A stretch of 64,000 nucleotides of DNA from Tubulanus polymorphus (Eukaryota; Animalia; Nemertea): contig NC_134031.1 of assembly GCF_964204645.1 (NCBI RefSeq), positions 2,232,001-2,296,000 of the forward strand. The letters run 5' to 3'. Positions within the stretch are counted from its first letter, which is position 1; each line of letters starts with the position of its first letter. Of the stretch, positions 60,964 to 64,000 are shown piece by piece. Below the pieces are notes generated by a model. It was not told the origin of the DNA, ran no database searches, and was given only the letters and a program-made list of their open reading frames with translations. The position numbers were made by a program, and so were the translations under genes.

Positions 60964-62653
60964 ATGAATTATGGTAGGTTTTTACTCGTATTTTCACTTA
61001 AATGTTACTGTTTGAAATATCTACCAAGGTTGGCCTTTAATAGTGACCTCGTCGCTTGCTGAAACCTTGACCTAAAGCATTTTTCAAGAAGGCTGAAGTC
61101 CGATACAAATCTGATTTTTACGCTTCGTCACCGAAACCCTGTGTCCAGTTTCACGAAAATGATCAATTCCTAAGTTGATTTAGCTAGATCGATAAAGAAA
61201 TTAATCGATCTAAGAACTGAAAAAAAACCTTTTTGAGAAATTCCATTTTCCATTCACGTGTGTCATGTAAGTGTCTCCTGACGGAGATAGGTAAGATGTA
61301 TACCTTATTATCAAAGTCAACTTTAATTTTTATTTCAATTTTGGAACATATTGCATGATAGTATCTTACAGCCATATATCTATTATATGTCAAGGTAAAT
61401 ATGAAGGACACACACTTCACGCTTCAGACTTACAACGTCAACGCAGATATGAATACTCCCCAAAATAGTCATATCGTAATTCGTCTTGATTTCACCTTGC
61501 ATTTACACTGATCGGGTAAAACCTTTTTTTATTTTCAGTTGCGAAGGTACTTAAACAGTACAAGGTCACTATATTGGCGTTGATATTTGGGTTGGTAATA
61601 TATCTGTCCCTGCTGAGACGAAAAGGCGTCAAAACGGTTTATCATCACCGCGTGTCTATAGGCGCGCTGTTCCCGCCACCGCCTCCACCGAGCAGGGTCT
61701 CCACCGTCCTCGAAGGTTTACCGATTCCCGCAGTTTACTACGGCGATTACGCGACCGCCATCGAATACCTGCACCGTCGCGACTACGTCACGCCCCGCAA
61801 CTGTTCGGCCACTATACCGAAAATAATCCACCAGACGTGGAAGGATGAGATGATTCCGATTAAATTCAAATCGTCGGTCGAATCGATCATCGCCAATCAC
61901 CCTGATTTCGAATACTGGATGTGGACTGATGCCCTCGCCGAGGAATTCATCAGTAAAAAGTTCCCGAGTTTTCTACCGGTTTATAAAAGCTACCCGAAAG
62001 CGATCAACCGCGCCGACGCGATTCGATATTTTGTCCTTTACGAGTATGGAGGAGTTTACGCCGATTTGGATATCGTATCGTTACGTTCTTTAAACGATCT
62101 GTTGGGCACTCATACGTTCCTCATACCCGAGGACCATCCATTCCATACTCACATCATATTCGGTTTAAATCGTATTCCGTTGAACGCTTTCATGATGTCT
62201 ATTCCTAAACACCCGTTTATGAAAGCGGTTATAACTCACTTAGCCGAATATTCCAAAAGGAAGAATATTCTCTACACAGCCGGGCCAATGATGCTCGACT
62301 TAGAATTGAGTAGATATGAAGATGTATTGGGCGATAGGAAAGACAATTCACTTTGCGACGCCGTGTATATGGGCAAGTGGCAGAATTTCATACCGCTGTT
62401 TTTAGACAACGCCGTCACGATCGCGGCGTTAAAACACAAATGCGGCCGAAAAGACGGCAATCCGCGAAAGTTGAAAGACTGCGACTTTCTACGCGCGAGA
62501 AATTTCACGCAGCTCACTCTACCCGATACGGCTTACACTAGACACAAGTTCTCGCACGTCCATGAGGCGAAGACGCGAAAACTGATGTTTCATATAGCGG
62601 ACGTGGCCGGTGAATCGTTGAGAAATGTCTCTCAACTGTTAGAGAACATATAG
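60964..62653 (+). CDS. Type II membrane glycosyltransferase, GT32 DXD family (SUR1/CSH1/OCH1-like), 374 aa
   Basis: Micro-exon 60964-60973 (MNY) plus 61539-62653. N-terminal TM segment, Pro-rich stem, IPKIIHQTWK, RADAIRYFVLYEYGGVYADLD, NAFMMSIPKHPF and TAGP. Confidence 0.88.
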
Positions 62654-63104
62654 ACTGAATCCAAAAGGTGCAAAGCGTTGAGAACGAAATGTCTTATATC
62701 TGTCTAGATTATAGGAGCAATATTAGTTCAGCCTATACGCACATATTATAGTCATTTAGTCTCGACCGTGGTAGCAGCCTCTTGGACGGGACGATTTATG
62801 CGATACCGCCGAAAGAAGTGACGCCACAAGATAATAATTGCCTTACTGCACCAGGCGCAGTATGTGCAGCCAAAGTTGTAAACAAACTTTTGGTCGAATA
62901 TCTTCGTTACGACCAAAAAAAACAGGGTTCAAAATCTTTTATCACAGATATTTGATTTGTTTTATCTTGGAAACAATTCGAGTGAAAAATGAGTACGAAA
63001 AATTATGTATAAATGTTTATTCATCTACTTGGATTTTTCATAAATTGAGTTTTTTTTTTAATTTGAAATTTCAATGAATTAATCATATGTAATGTTGGCT
63101 TCAG

Positions 63105-63258
<154 letters not shown>

Positions 63259-64000
63259 CTCTTTCTGGTAACACGAAGGGCCGTAAATAAGAAATGTATA
63301 AGAATGCGTTGACCGTGTTAATCTTTTTCTATCGAATGCAATCCTTAAATCGCCGCTCAAAATCATAAAAGAAGGTATTTGGAAAGTTCTAAATTCCAGC
63401 GCTTGATATCACGAAAGTTCGGTTACGCTCTGCACGGTTTTCAGCGAATTTGATTGTTCTATATTTAACCATGTATCAATAAAAGGTCTATTCATTTGGC
63501 GTTGTATTCAATGAATATCCTTAAACTGAATATATAAATGTTTTCATTGTATCGACTATGAACAATATGGATCAACGCTTCATACCGCACCTTGACCGTA
63601 GGAACTTGTTGTGACAACGAGAAGGTCAAAATCCTTAGTAAACAAAATCTTTTTCATTCAATCAAGCTTATGCAAATAGATCAAATGTCACGTCAGGTTG
63701 CCGATGATTATTTGTAATTGCTGTCGGTAATTGTAAATGTAATTGATGACGGCGCATGTAACTAATAAGAACAACTATTCGGTTTCTAAGGCGGAGTCGA
63801 AAGATCTCATTATTGTGATGATTATAAGAGGATGTCATGCATTTCTAACACAAAAATGATAGATAATAATTTGAAGGTATGAATAGTAACTTTTTAAACT
63901 ATATTCCATATTTCGATGTATTCATTTTGTATTTCACGTCAATGTTCACGTTTTATGGCGAGTTCATTGACCTGAGTTCCTGCTGTTTCGGACAAGACAA

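Overview
This is eukaryotic, intron-rich, AT-rich animal DNA, probably an invertebrate (inference; CpG does not look depleted). Recognisable genes: the 3' part of NPDC1/cab-1 (+), FKBP15 (-), DOLPP1 (+), NPC2 (-) and a GT32 DXD glycosyltransferase of the SUR1/OCH1 type (+). The most striking gene has an intronless 1279-aa CDS that fuses a group-II (SufS-like) PLP cysteine desulfurase to a bacterial-type TtcA (tRNA C32 2-thiolase) domain through a repeat-expanded linker. It lies head-to-head with DOLPP1 and looks like a self-contained sulfur-relay RNA thiolation enzyme. The window also holds a family of small secreted Cys-rich proteins that I cannot assign to a known family. It has three homologues with a shared Cys framework and exon structure; two have near-identical signal exons but mature regions only about one-third identical, a toxin-like pattern. 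There is also a fourth, unrelated secreted 8-Cys protein and an orphan N-domain/coiled-coil/beta-propeller-like gene. Non-coding DNA contains piggyBac-like and Harbinger-like MITEs, a tRNA-derived SINE with a 13-bp TSD, two minimal hammerhead-like motifs, local duplications and many mini/microsatellites. All exon structures were assembled by eye from GT/AG sites and reading frame; no database searches were run.
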